DNA from: Polyangia bacterium
GTDB taxonomy: Bacteria > Myxococcota_A > Polyangia > JAAYKL01
Length of the DNA: 64,000 nt
NCBI GenBank assembly: GCA_050287845.1
Contig: JBNKCR010000098.1
Span: 32,001-96,000, forward strand
Reading direction: 5' to 3'
Position 1 is the stretch's first letter; each line of letters begins with the position of its first letter. The position numbers and the translations under genes were made by a program. This document shows positions 19,219 through 28,147 of the stretch, in pieces. The notes under the pieces were generated by a model that was not told the origin of the DNA, made no database searches, and saw nothing but the letters and a program-made list of their open reading frames with translations.

Positions 19219-19566
19219 ATGACGAGTAGAGACTGCATCTTCTGCAAAATTGTTAATGGTCAGATCCCTTGCACCAAGCTCTACGAGGATGACAGCGTGT
19301 TGGCATTTGAAGATATTCATCCGATTGCGCCAACCCATTTTCTCATTATCCCTAAAGAGCATATTCCAACTCTCGACGACGTGGAAGTCCATCACGCAGA
19401 AACATTGGGGCATATGATGTTCGTCGCAACACAACTCGCCAGAGAAAAAGGAATTGGCGGCACCGGATACAGGGAGGTGATAAACTGCAGAGAGTCCTCG
19501 GGACAGGTGGTTTTTCATCTTCATATGCACATTATCGGTGGACGTACCATGGAGAAGATGGGGTAG
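19219..19566 (+). CDS. Histidine triad (HIT/HINT) nucleotide-binding protein
   Basis: DCIFCKI start; GQVVFHLHMH histidine triad. Confidence 0.95.
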   Translation: MTSRDCIFCKIVNGQIPCTKLYEDDSVLAFEDIHPIAPTHFLIIPKEHIPTLDDVEVHHAETLGHMMFVATQLAREKGIGGTGYREVINCRESSGQVVFHLHMHIIGGRTMEKMG

Positions 19567-19570
19567 AGAT

Positions 19571-20059
19571 ATGGCAGAGCAGGGGAATGATTCCAGGACA
19601 CCAGAACTGGACCGGTTCAATGTTCGATTTATCGCGCTGGGAGCGTTCATTATTTTTATATCGCTGTTCGGTGCAGAAAAGTTGATTTGGAAAGTTGTTG
19701 GCGACGACTCCCGCGCCTTTTTTGAACGAGCGATTTCCCGAGTCAGTCAGGTGGAGATAGACGCAGACGAAAAGGACGCTATCCGTCAGGAAACGTTGAG
19801 TCGCCTTTCAATTCCACCGGTGTGGGGGATTGCCGTGGCTGTGATGATTGCACCGTTGGCTGTAGGCATGCTTGTTGGCTTGCGCTCGCGCTCTCTTGTC
19901 AGCGCATTTTTGGCCGTTCTTCTTGGAACCTGGGTAACTCTGGCGATGACGCACTCTTTTTCAGGTCTTGCGCTCCTTACAAGCCTGTTGTATTCGGCCA
20001 TCGGGATACTTGGAGGTGTTGCGGTCAAAAAAGTACAAAAATGGCGCAAAGAAAAGTAG
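19571..20059 (+). CDS. Hypothetical membrane protein
   Basis: About four hydrophobic segments; starts 4 nt after the HIT stop. Confidence 0.65.
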   Translation: MAEQGNDSRTPELDRFNVRFIALGAFIIFISLFGAEKLIWKVVGDDSRAFFERAISRVSQVEIDADEKDAIRQETLSRLSIPPVWGIAVAVMIAPLAVGMLVGLRSRSLVSAFLAVLLGTWVTLAMTHSFSGLALLTSLLYSAIGILGGVAVKKVQKWRKEK

Positions 20060-20178
20060 AGATTGTTCTTTGTTTTTCGCAGGTTATATATATTCTTTGA
20101 GTTGACCGTGCCAAACGGTTGTGATAGAGGTTTACCAGAAATAACGGGAGGCTGGCTACGGATTCAGATGGAAAAAAA

Positions 20179-20412
20179 ATGCTCAGACAGTCGCTTGGTT
20201 TGGTGGCTGTCGGGATTGAGATGGGAATATCTGTGGGAATTGGTATTCTGGGCGGACAATGGTTGGATGAGCACTATGGTACGGAACCGGTATTTTTCTG
20301 GGTGGGAGTGACAATTGGCTTTGGCGCGGCAGCAAAAGCAGTGGTGGATGCCGCCAGGAAAGTTCGAAAAGAGCTTAACGACGATGAGCCAGAAAGCACT
20401 AAAAAAGATTGA
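20179..20412 (+). CDS. atpZ: AtpZ/AtpI-family (ATPase gene 1) protein
   Basis: GIEMGISVGIGILGGQWLDEHYGTEP two-TM signature upstream of atpB. Exact start uncertain. Confidence 0.85.
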   Translation: MLRQSLGLVAVGIEMGISVGIGILGGQWLDEHYGTEPVFFWVGVTIGFGAAAKAVVDAARKVRKELNDDEPESTKKD

Positions 20413-20743
20413 TCTGCTGATTGTGGGGTACGCGGTGATTCTTTGTGGCGGGGCAGCAGCTTTTTTTGGTTTCCGTAGCTTTGCCGGTGTGGCAACGGGG
20501 GCTGCAATTGCGTTACCCAATTGGATATTGTCCCGTTGGCTTGGCGTCAAATTGATTCTGGATGAACATAAAACCAGGGTGTCATTACTCCTGGCTTTGA
20601 AAATGATTTTGCTTCTCGGAGTTATTCTCCTGATTCTGTCATTTACTTCGGTCGATCCGGTCGCATTAATGATAGGTTTATCGACTTTGGTTTTTGGCAT
20701 TTTCAGCGAGGGGATATGGATGATTGTGAAAAATGACAATTGA
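20384..20743 (+). CDS. atpI: ATP synthase subunit I-like membrane protein
   Basis: Four hydrophobic helices; lies between atpZ and atpB. Confidence 0.7.
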   Translation: MSQKALKKIDLLIVGYAVILCGGAAAFFGFRSFAGVATGAAIALPNWILSRWLGVKLILDEHKTRVSLLLALKMILLLGVILLILSFTSVDPVALMIGLSTLVFGIFSEGIWMIVKNDN

Positions 20744-20790
20744 TGAAAACGGGAAGTGGAAGTAACCGATTTGGAGAGGAACGATAACCA

Positions 20791-21564
20791 ATGCCTCATG
20801 GAATGACCTGGTTCGACTTTATTTTACCACAACTTGCGCAATGGCGAGAGCAATTGCAGGACGCAATTGGTATTTCATACATTGAGCACGCACCCATCTC
20901 AGTTCAGTATGTTGTTGGATTCGCCTTCATTTCTGTGCTTATCGTGTTGCTGGTGATGACAGCGAGAACCAGGTTTGCCAGCATTGAAAAAGGTCTTGTG
21001 CCGGATGAAAAGCTCACTCTCAGGACATTTTTTGAAATGATGGTTGAAGGAACACTCAACACGATGGACGGTATAATGAGCCGCCGGCATGCCGAGTTTT
21101 TCCTGCCATTGATTGGTACATGTGCATTTATTATTTTTTTTTCCAATTTCCTGGGGCTGATTCCCGGCTTTGAACCGCCTACAGGAAATTTTAATACAAC
21201 GCTCGCGATGGCTATTGTCATTTTTTTCACCACGCATATTTATGGACTGAAAGAAAATGGGTTCGGTTATGTCGCTCACTTTTTTGGACCCATTCGCAAA
21301 TGGTATGCGTTTCCATTCATGCTGATGATGTTTGCCATCGAGGTGGTCAGTCATATGTCCCGTCCGCTTTCTCTGGGAATACGTCTGGCAGGCAATATGT
21401 TTGCTGATCATAAAGTGGTGGCGACGTTTACGCTGCTTGTGCCGATACTATTGCCTGTACCCATGTTATTGCTTGGCGTTTTAGTTTGTATTGTTCAGGT
21501 TGCAGTTTTTTGTATCCTGTCGATGGTTTATATTGGAATGGCGGTTGCCCATGAAGAACATTGA
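20791..21564 (+). CDS. atpB: F0F1 ATP synthase subunit a
   Basis: SNFLGLIPG, RPLSLGIRLAGNMFADH (conserved Arg), VQVAVF. Confidence 0.96.
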   Translation: MPHGMTWFDFILPQLAQWREQLQDAIGISYIEHAPISVQYVVGFAFISVLIVLLVMTARTRFASIEKGLVPDEKLTLRTFFEMMVEGTLNTMDGIMSRRHAEFFLPLIGTCAFIIFFSNFLGLIPGFEPPTGNFNTTLAMAIVIFFTTHIYGLKENGFGYVAHFFGPIRKWYAFPFMLMMFAIEVVSHMSRPLSLGIRLAGNMFADHKVVATFTLLVPILLPVPMLLLGVLVCIVQVAVFCILSMVYIGMAVAHEEH

Positions 21565-21598
21565 TCCTGATTGTGGATCACACTAAGGAGACCGAATT

Positions 21599-21928
21599 AT
21601 GCAATTTCGTAAAATCGTAACTTTTCTTTCCACTTCCCTGGTAACACTTTTTGTCGCGTCCACTGCGTTTGCACAGGAAGCCAATACGTCCGTAGCTGCG
21701 GCTGAAGGAGAAGTGGGACTTAAGGCACTCGCTGCCGGGCTTGCCATTGGTTTGGCTGCTTTGGGTGGTTCCATTGGTCAGGGGCGCGCGGCTGGCTCAG
21801 CATTGGAAGGAATTGCCAGAAACCCCAATGCTTCCGGAAAGATTTTCACCCCCATGATTCTTGGGTTGGCGTTAATTGAATCTCTCGTGATTTATGCTCT
21901 CGTAATCGCTTTTATGGTAAAGCCCTGA
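21599..21928 (+). CDS. atpE: F0F1 ATP synthase subunit c with N-terminal signal-like extension
   Basis: GxGxG helix, IARNP loop, LIESLVIY carrying the ion-binding Glu. Confidence 0.96.
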   Translation: MQFRKIVTFLSTSLVTLFVASTAFAQEANTSVAAAEGEVGLKALAAGLAIGLAALGGSIGQGRAAGSALEGIARNPNASGKIFTPMILGLALIESLVIYALVIAFMVKP

Positions 21929-21986
21929 ACTGGCACCATTTCTGGCACGTATCAACCTTTCCATCCAGGATTGTAGAGGAAAAAGT

Positions 21987-22637
21987 TTGGTGATGAGGTA
22001 CTTCAGTATTGTTGTAGCATGTTGTTTTGCCGCGAGTTGCGCAAGTACGCGTCTTGAAAAGCTCGCGGCGACGGCAGCGGATGCGGATCCGTCAGCGGTG
22101 ACGCAGGAACTGCCACCTTCAGAGGAGATAGATGACGAACCGGTTGTGACTCAGCGTGTTGAACTGGACACGTCAATGGGGAAGATGGTTCTTGGTCTTT
22201 ATGGCAAAGCGGCTCCCAAAACCGTGGAAAATTTTCTTTCATATGTAAAATCAGGGTATTACGACGGATTGGTATTTCATAGAGTGATACCGGGATTCAT
22301 GATACAGGGGGGGGGATATCAGGCTGATATGGAAAAAAAAGAAAGCGAAGAGCCTATCCCGCTCGAGTTGATTCCCGGGTTGCGGCACAGCCCGGGAACG
22401 GTTTCGATGGCCCGGACGAATGATCCGACGAGTGCGACGAGTCAATTTTTTATTTGCGTGGCGGATACCGAACAATTGAACGGCGAGTATGCCGCGTTTG
22501 GTAAAGTTGAAGAGGGGTTGGATGTTGCAACCGCCATTTCCCGTGTCGAAACGCAGTCCGTGGAAACGGACTATGCGGTAATGGACGATGTGCCAGTAAC
22601 CCCTGTCGTGATAAACGCCATAAAGCTGATCCAGTGA
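21987..22637 (+). CDS. Cyclophilin-type peptidyl-prolyl isomerase, probable lipoprotein
   Basis: APKTVENF, FHRVIPGFMIQGGG, MARTNDPTSATSQFFI; N-terminal AAS-C lipobox. Confidence 0.92.
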   Translation: MVMRYFSIVVACCFAASCASTRLEKLAATAADADPSAVTQELPPSEEIDDEPVVTQRVELDTSMGKMVLGLYGKAAPKTVENFLSYVKSGYYDGLVFHRVIPGFMIQGGGYQADMEKKESEEPIPLELIPGLRHSPGTVSMARTNDPTSATSQFFICVADTEQLNGEYAAFGKVEEGLDVATAISRVETQSVETDYAVMDDVPVTPVVINAIKLIQ

Positions 22638-22693
22638 AGCTGAACGGCTTTTTTCAAGGTGGGATCCCGCACAGGTCGTATTTTTGATTCCAG

Positions 22694-22903
22694 CTACTGA
22701 TTCTGAACGTCCCAATCAACAAAGACATTCAGCGTATTTGCAAAATCGCGAAGGTCGGATTCCAGAATTTTAATGGTGAGCCCGCCAGTTGTATTGTATG
22801 CCTTGAGGCTGTTTTTTCGAATCCATCTGCGAATTGTTTCATTGGACACTTTACACATTTGTGCAACGTCTTTGACCGAGTAAATGCGATCAACCTTTGT
22901 CAT
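22694..22903 (-). CDS. Small HTH DNA-binding protein (excisionase/MerR-like HTH_17)
   Basis: YSVKDVAQMCKVSNETIRRWIRKNSLKA..T.GG pattern; AGGAG RBS. Confidence 0.85.
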   Translation of the reverse strand: MTKVDRIYSVKDVAQMCKVSNETIRRWIRKNSLKAYNTTGGLTIKILESDLRDFANTLNVFVDWDVQNQ

Positions 22904-22942
22904 GGTCAGCTCCTTCTGTATTATTAAGTTGTTAAATAGTCC

Positions 22943-22972
22943 GTCTGAATTAATCCAGATATTGATTCAGAT
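22943..22972. promoter_or_regulatory. Imperfect inverted repeat upstream of the HTH gene
   Basis: GTCTGAATTAAT-6 nt-ATTGATTCAGAT. Confidence 0.35.
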
Positions 22973-22997
22973 GAACTGATGGAGCGCATATTACTGA

Positions 22998-23504
22998 TTA
23001 GTCTGAGATTTGGCCATCTAAAAATTCGGAAATAATATTCCAGTTGTCAATGGTGCGGGATCGTCGGCATCCCCATACATTGCAAAGCGCCAGAATGTGG
23101 CTGTCCGAAAGTTCGGTGGATGTGTAGAGCTTGATCAGATCGCCATCCTGTCCATTTTCGAAGCTGCAGTGGCATTTGGCAAACGTTGGAAGTGGCACAT
23201 TGCATTCTGGGCAGAAAAACAGGATCTTCTGGCCGTCTTTCCAGCCCTGATGCCCCTTTTTCGTGCCGTCGCCGTGAAAAGGCGATAAATATACGATACC
23301 TTTGTTTTCATCACTTTTCAGGAATACCTTTATGCCGGGATATCCGTCAAAATCTTCATTGGCATCGGTGATGAGATTGTGACCATTCGGACAATACGCC
23401 TCAGTGATAACAATAAAAACATCATCTACCTGCTTCAATGTAGATTCGAATGGGGGGGGAACAGAGATTTTGACCTTCTCCTGTTCTACATCCTTTTTAG
23501 CCAT
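22998..23504 (-). CDS. Hypothetical Cys-rich (putative Zn-binding) protein
   Basis: CPNGH, CPEC, CHC and CNVWGC motifs; AAGGAG RBS. Confidence 0.75.
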   Translation of the reverse strand: MAKKDVEQEKVKISVPPPFESTLKQVDDVFIVITEAYCPNGHNLITDANEDFDGYPGIKVFLKSDENKGIVYLSPFHGDGTKKGHQGWKDGQKILFFCPECNVPLPTFAKCHCSFENGQDGDLIKLYTSTELSDSHILALCNVWGCRRSRTIDNWNIISEFLDGQISD

Positions 23505-23747
23505 GTGGTACTCCTTGAACAGTGTTTTAAAATAGACGTATGTCAGTAAAACCGCGTAGTCAAGATAATCTGGCGTTTTATTTGGAGTTGTTATCTGAAA
23601 TAGGCGGTTGAGGCGCAGACAGCGCGGATTTGCCCGAACATTCAGTCACATCCGTTTGAAATAGTTCATTCAAAAATGAGGTGCGTCAACGTTAGACGGA
23701 AGATCTGGCAGGAACACCGATTTTATATATTGATTTTCCGTAGGCGA

Positions 23748-24158
23748 TTATTCTTTGGAACCCGGATTTTTTTTCAGGAGTTTCTGATATAGATGTTGGC
23801 CAAGACTGTCAATCATGAGACGTTCCACTTTTGTTTCGATGAGATCGCGTTCTTCCACTGTGGCATAGATAAACTTGATCCCCATTCCCGCAGGGGATTC
23901 CTCGGTGGAATTTTCAGGTGCGACGACCCATTTCACTTTTCCTTTCAGGGTAATCGGCTCAGTGAGGGAAGGGATTTTCAGTTTAAAGATAAATTCTGTG
24001 TCGATGGCGAGCGGTGTTTCAGTTTTGATGAAAGTGCCGCCCCGACTGATGTTTCTGGTGTAATCCGCGAAGAAAGTGTTGAGTCGCCGATATTCAACTT
24101 TCAATTCGATTGGGGCCCTGGGATGGTTGCGTCGTTCGTCCGAAGAAATATTTTCCAC
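23748..24158 (-). CDS. PilZ-domain protein, TIGR02266-like
   Basis: RRNHPR (RxxxR), NISRGG ([D/N]xSxxG), GKVKWV, GMGIKF. Confidence 0.9.
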   Translation of the reverse strand: MENISSDERRNHPRAPIELKVEYRRLNTFFADYTRNISRGGTFIKTETPLAIDTEFIFKLKIPSLTEPITLKGKVKWVVAPENSTEESPAGMGIKFIYATVEERDLIETKVERLMIDSLGQHLYQKLLKKNPGSKE

Positions 24159-24279
24159 GTGTGTACCCTTTGTTCTTGTGACATCGAACTCTATTTTGCC
24201 ATATCTGGCAAATACAGGAAACCTCGAATTTCAATTTACCTTATTGACCATAATTAGCAAATAGTACTAAGGGGGTACC

Positions 24280-25599
24280 ATGAAATTTTACATAAAAACA
24301 TTCGGTTGCCAGATGAATGTTCATGATACACGGCGCATAGAAGAGATTTTGATACGTTCCGGGCACGAAAGTACCACCAACCCGGCCGAGGCGCAAATCG
24401 CCCTTGTGAACAGTTGTACCATCCGCCAGAAACCGTGGCACAAGGCGATTTCGGAAACGGGAAGGCTTCGAAAAGGGAAATTGAAGGGGAGAAGCGAAAA
24501 GGACTTGTTTGTGGGGCTCGTAGGATGTGTTGCGCAGCAGGAAGGCGAAAATGTATTTGATTTGCTTTCACATGTGGATTTTGTCGTGTCCCCGGACAAT
24601 TACAGCCAGTTGCCTCAGATTATTAATGATATTATACGCGAAAAAAGGCAGGTGGCGATAACGGGTTTCTCCGAAGGGAGAGCTGAGGATTTTTTGTCCA
24701 TTGAGCAGGTGGCGCCCAATGAGGTCAGTGCTTTTGTGACAATCATGAAGGGTTGTCAGGAAAGATGCCGGTATTGCATTGTTCCGACAGTGAGAGGCCC
24801 GGAAAGACATCGCAGCTCCGAACAGGTTCTTGAGGAAATTCAGAATGTGGTATCGAAAGGTGTAAAAGAAATTACGTTGCTCGGGCAGAAGGTGAACGCC
24901 TGGAAAGAGGGGAACCTTGTTTTTTCTGACCTGCTGAAGATGATTGATAAAGTTGAAGATTTGGAGCGCCTTCGTTTCACGTCGCCTCATCCCCGCCATA
25001 TGACAGCGGATGTGACAGATTGCTTCAGGACATTGCGAACGCTTTGTGAGTCGATTCATCTGCCCGTACAGGCGGGTTCCAACAGAACGCTGAAAGCAAT
25101 GGGACGTCGATATACAAGAGAAGACTATCTGGACGTTGTATCGCGGTTACGCAGCGCCCGCCCGGAAATTTCCATTTCTACCGATTTGATTATCGGATAT
25201 CCCGGGGAGACCGAAGCTGATTTTCAGGAAACACTTTCGCTGATTGAGACAGTTGGCTTCACTTCCGCGTTTTCTTTCAAGTTTTCCCCAAGACCGTTCA
25301 CACCGGCAGAAAAGCTTGATGATACAGTGTCAGAAGAAGAGAAATCGATTCGCCTTGCACGCGTGCATGAAGTGATCAATCGACAGGAATTCGCGTTTCG
25401 GGAAAGTTTACGGAATTCTGAGCTCGAAGTATTGGTTGAAGGGCAGGGCCGGATGGACAATCAATTGACTGGACGGGCGCGAAATTATCAGATTATTAAC
25501 TTTATATCCAATCGGCCGTTGTCTGAAATGATCGGCCAGCTGGTTTCCGTGCGCGTTACAGAGGTTCATCCTAACAGCCTGGAGGGAGAGCTCGTTTGA
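24280..25599 (+). CDS. miaB: tRNA-2-methylthio-N6-dimethylallyladenosine synthase
   Basis: TFGCQMN, radical-SAM CQERCRYC, RLRFTSPHP, GYPGETE, C-terminal TRAM domain. Confidence 0.93.
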   Translation: MKFYIKTFGCQMNVHDTRRIEEILIRSGHESTTNPAEAQIALVNSCTIRQKPWHKAISETGRLRKGKLKGRSEKDLFVGLVGCVAQQEGENVFDLLSHVDFVVSPDNYSQLPQIINDIIREKRQVAITGFSEGRAEDFLSIEQVAPNEVSAFVTIMKGCQERCRYCIVPTVRGPERHRSSEQVLEEIQNVVSKGVKEITLLGQKVNAWKEGNLVFSDLLKMIDKVEDLERLRFTSPHPRHMTADVTDCFRTLRTLCESIHLPVQAGSNRTLKAMGRRYTREDYLDVVSRLRSARPEISISTDLIIGYPGETEADFQETLSLIETVGFTSAFSFKFSPRPFTPAEKLDDTVSEEEKSIRLARVHEVINRQEFAFRESLRNSELEVLVEGQGRMDNQLTGRARNYQIINFISNRPLSEMIGQLVSVRVTEVHPNSLEGELV

Positions 25600-26036
25600 A
25601 AATCAGTGATATGTTGAAAATGCCAGTAGTCTGGTTGGTTGCACTTCTGGTTTATCTCGGGATGATATTTGCTGTTTCGAATATTTCTGCCATGGATCTG
25701 CTCGTGATTCGATTTCCGAACTGGGACAAGTTTGCTCATTTTTTTGAGTATCTCCCGGTGGGATTCATGGTAACCGGGCTTTTGTCTTCAAAGTTTCCCG
25801 GCAGCAGACTGGCAGTCATTGTTCCCGCAGTGATAGCGATTTCGCTACTTCTTGGCGGTCTCGACGAATTTCATCAGTCATTTGTGCCCGGACGGGATGT
25901 GTCGCTGGGGGACGCGATTGCGGATGTTCTGGGGGCAACCGTTGGTGCAATGCTTGCGGTTCATTTTATAAAAGCGGCGGTGTATCGAAACGCGTCGGCC
26001 AGCGCGCTGCAGACCGAATCCAAAAGACAGCAGTGA
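25596..26036 (+). CDS. VanZ-family membrane protein
   Basis: DKFAHFFEY and DEFHQSFVPGR..S..D..AD motifs. Confidence 0.88.
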   Translation: MKISDMLKMPVVWLVALLVYLGMIFAVSNISAMDLLVIRFPNWDKFAHFFEYLPVGFMVTGLLSSKFPGSRLAVIVPAVIAISLLLGGLDEFHQSFVPGRDVSLGDAIADVLGATVGAMLAVHFIKAAVYRNASASALQTESKRQQ

Positions 26037-26104
26037 GTCGGCGTTTTCTTCCTGTGTTTTCCTATATTGGCGCAGTACGAGACGGATGCCGGTGGAATCT
26101 GAGA

Positions 26105-26803
26105 TTATTTCTTGTGTCGATAATTTCGATTGGGTCGCCAGAACAGCAGCTCAATTCCGGCAAGGGCGAACAGTGAATCGAAGCCATCCCCCGTGATCCA
26201 TGTGGTGGTAACTACCGGGGCGAGCGTCAGCTTTCGAGTGAGTCTGAACTCGTACAGCAGCGAAAACGCGAGGGTGCCGGGGCCGCCAAATCCAAACTCC
26301 CACTTGTTTTTACCCTGGGCGAAACCAAAACCAAATCCCGCCGATGGTCTGACTCCCAGACCTTTCCAGGGATAAAATGACAGATCCAGAAGCAGGGCAA
26401 ACGCCGAGACCTGAACTTCATCGGCTTTGATGTTGACGGATTGCACTTGAAATCCCATGGCAAACTTGTCGCTGAATGCATCACCCACTCTTATGGTGGT
26501 GGCGACAAAATGCAACGGCCCATAATTCAGTTTTTTATGGTCCTCGTTTTCGTCTATCCACGTGCGCGCCTGAATATAGTTGATGGAGCCTCCGACATAA
26601 GAAGCCGGTCGCCTTCTGATGGTGGGATCTTTTCGCCAGTGCAGTGTCGTCCCTGCTTCCGGCGATTCAACTGTGGTTGGCGTATCCACGGCAGCTCCCA
26701 CGTCTCCGGTATCCCCGGTATCTGGCGTGTGTTGTGCGACGCACACACCGGTCACGAGGGAAAAAGCCAGACAGGACCAGACAGTAAAAAATATTGATTT
26801 CAT
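26105..26803 (-). CDS. Hypothetical exported protein, probable outer-membrane beta-barrel
   Basis: Signal peptide, acidic linker, then alternating aromatic/Gly beta-strand pattern. Confidence 0.65.
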   Translation of the reverse strand: MKSIFFTVWSCLAFSLVTGVCVAQHTPDTGDTGDVGAAVDTPTTVESPEAGTTLHWRKDPTIRRRPASYVGGSINYIQARTWIDENEDHKKLNYGPLHFVATTIRVGDAFSDKFAMGFQVQSVNIKADEVQVSAFALLLDLSFYPWKGLGVRPSAGFGFGFAQGKNKWEFGFGGPGTLAFSLLYEFRLTRKLTLAPVVTTTWITGDGFDSLFALAGIELLFWRPNRNYRHKK

Positions 26804-26818
26804 ATGTTGCTGATTAAA

Positions 26819-28096
26819 TTACTTCGGCGCGCACTTTTCAAGTGCTTTTTCCTGGTTTGGCGTCAGATCCGGTTTGCCCATGATAAAACCGCCGACCCGA
26901 TCCCATTCAAAACCATGGGGGCGTTTATTGGACCACCAGATGACCATGGCGCGCCCTTTGATGTTCTGAATGGGTACCGTACCCCACATGCGGGAGTCAC
27001 TGGACCGATCCCGGTTGTCGCCCATGGCGAAAATCTGTCCAACCGGCACCTTCACGGGCTCAAAGTCATCGAAGAGATAATCCTCTACGATGGTATATTG
27101 ATGGTCCCCATGGGTCTCCACCCAGAGAGAGCTGGTCCTGTCTATCCATTCATCCGTCAGGCTATCCCGGGATTTGAACATTCTTTTCCCAACTTTACAT
27201 CGGGGAATAGGCTGGCCGTTCACATAGACGACACTGCGCTTGACTTCAATGGTGTCTCCCGGCAGCCCGATGACCCGCTTAATGAAGTCTGTGCCCACCA
27301 GGGTCTCTTCAAATCCATCGTTGGCGTATCCCTGTTCCTGTCTCGATGGCTTCGCGAAAACAATCACATCGCCATATTCCGGCTGTGAAAACTGAATCAG
27401 CTTCCTGTTTTGAAATGGCAGAGAAATTCCGTACTGAAACTTGCTGACAAAAATATGGTCTCCTACCATCAGCGTAGGCACCATGGATTCACTGGGGATT
27501 TTAAATGCTTCCACCGCAAACAATCGAAGCCCGAATGCGACCAGCACAGCAATGCCAATAGATTCAAAATACTCTCTTCCGGGGCTTTTCTGAGCAAATG
27601 CGAGATGTTGGCTGGCTACGGATTCCAATTTTCTGGTGTCGGACTGCACTGCCTCGTGGTCGTTGTTACCAATGGCACGATTCAGTGAATCAATCAACGA
27701 ATTGATCTCCTCACTGTGCTTTTTTGAAATTTTAGCTGCATGCCGGGCGGTTGTTTTCTGAATGCGACGGATGAGAGTCTTTGCGATTTTCACCCGTCTG
27801 CTGCGATTGTAATCCGAATCGAAGTCCTTGTCTCTCCAGAAGGGTAAACGGTTTTTGGATGAATACAGAAAGACCACCAGTATCGCAAACAGGAGTAGAA
27901 CATACCAGGGCTCGAATTCATCAACGACGCGGGCACGATCCAGCAGATCGATGACTATCCAGGATACGGACAGGGGCAGTGCGATGAACCAGACGACATA
28001 CCAGAACTTGTGAAATAAATAACGAAAATTCAATATTTCTCTCCGTTGGAAATAGGTGTTTTGGTGTTCTTTATCCCCGTTGACACTTTTTAGCAA
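26819..28096 (-). CDS. lepB: Signal peptidase I with N-terminal membrane extension
   Basis: IPSESMVPTL (catalytic Ser), DFIKRVIGLPGD (catalytic Lys), GDNRDRSSDSR. Start uncertain. Confidence 0.92.
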   Translation of the reverse strand: MLKSVNGDKEHQNTYFQRREILNFRYLFHKFWYVVWFIALPLSVSWIVIDLLDRARVVDEFEPWYVLLLFAILVVFLYSSKNRLPFWRDKDFDSDYNRSRRVKIAKTLIRRIQKTTARHAAKISKKHSEEINSLIDSLNRAIGNNDHEAVQSDTRKLESVASQHLAFAQKSPGREYFESIGIAVLVAFGLRLFAVEAFKIPSESMVPTLMVGDHIFVSKFQYGISLPFQNRKLIQFSQPEYGDVIVFAKPSRQEQGYANDGFEETLVGTDFIKRVIGLPGDTIEVKRSVVYVNGQPIPRCKVGKRMFKSRDSLTDEWIDRTSSLWVETHGDHQYTIVEDYLFDDFEPVKVPVGQIFAMGDNRDRSSDSRMWGTVPIQNIKGRAMVIWWSNKRPHGFEWDRVGGFIMGKPDLTPNQEKALEKCAPK

Positions 28097-28147
28097 GCAC
28101 CGGATATGTGAAACGATTGTCTTTGCCTGAACATTTGCAGAAGATGA

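Noticed and set aside
20168..20181. A8 run between two out-of-frame ATGs at the atpZ start (possible slippage or sequencing error)
   Set aside because: The gene is intact from ATG 20179, and nothing shows the upstream ATG is used.
21929..21956. Tandem CTGGCAC as a sigma54 promoter (a similar motif lies at 18969-18980 on the minus strand)
   Set aside because: The -12 TTGC element is missing at the required spacing.
22694..22903. Excisionase-like HTH as a prophage marker
   Set aside because: There are no phage or integrase genes nearby, and stand-alone HTH_17 regulators are common.
23600..23660. GGGCAAATCC on the minus strand as a c-di-GMP-I riboswitch near the PilZ gene
   Set aside because: It lacks the GAAA tetraloop and the GACGCAAAGC core.
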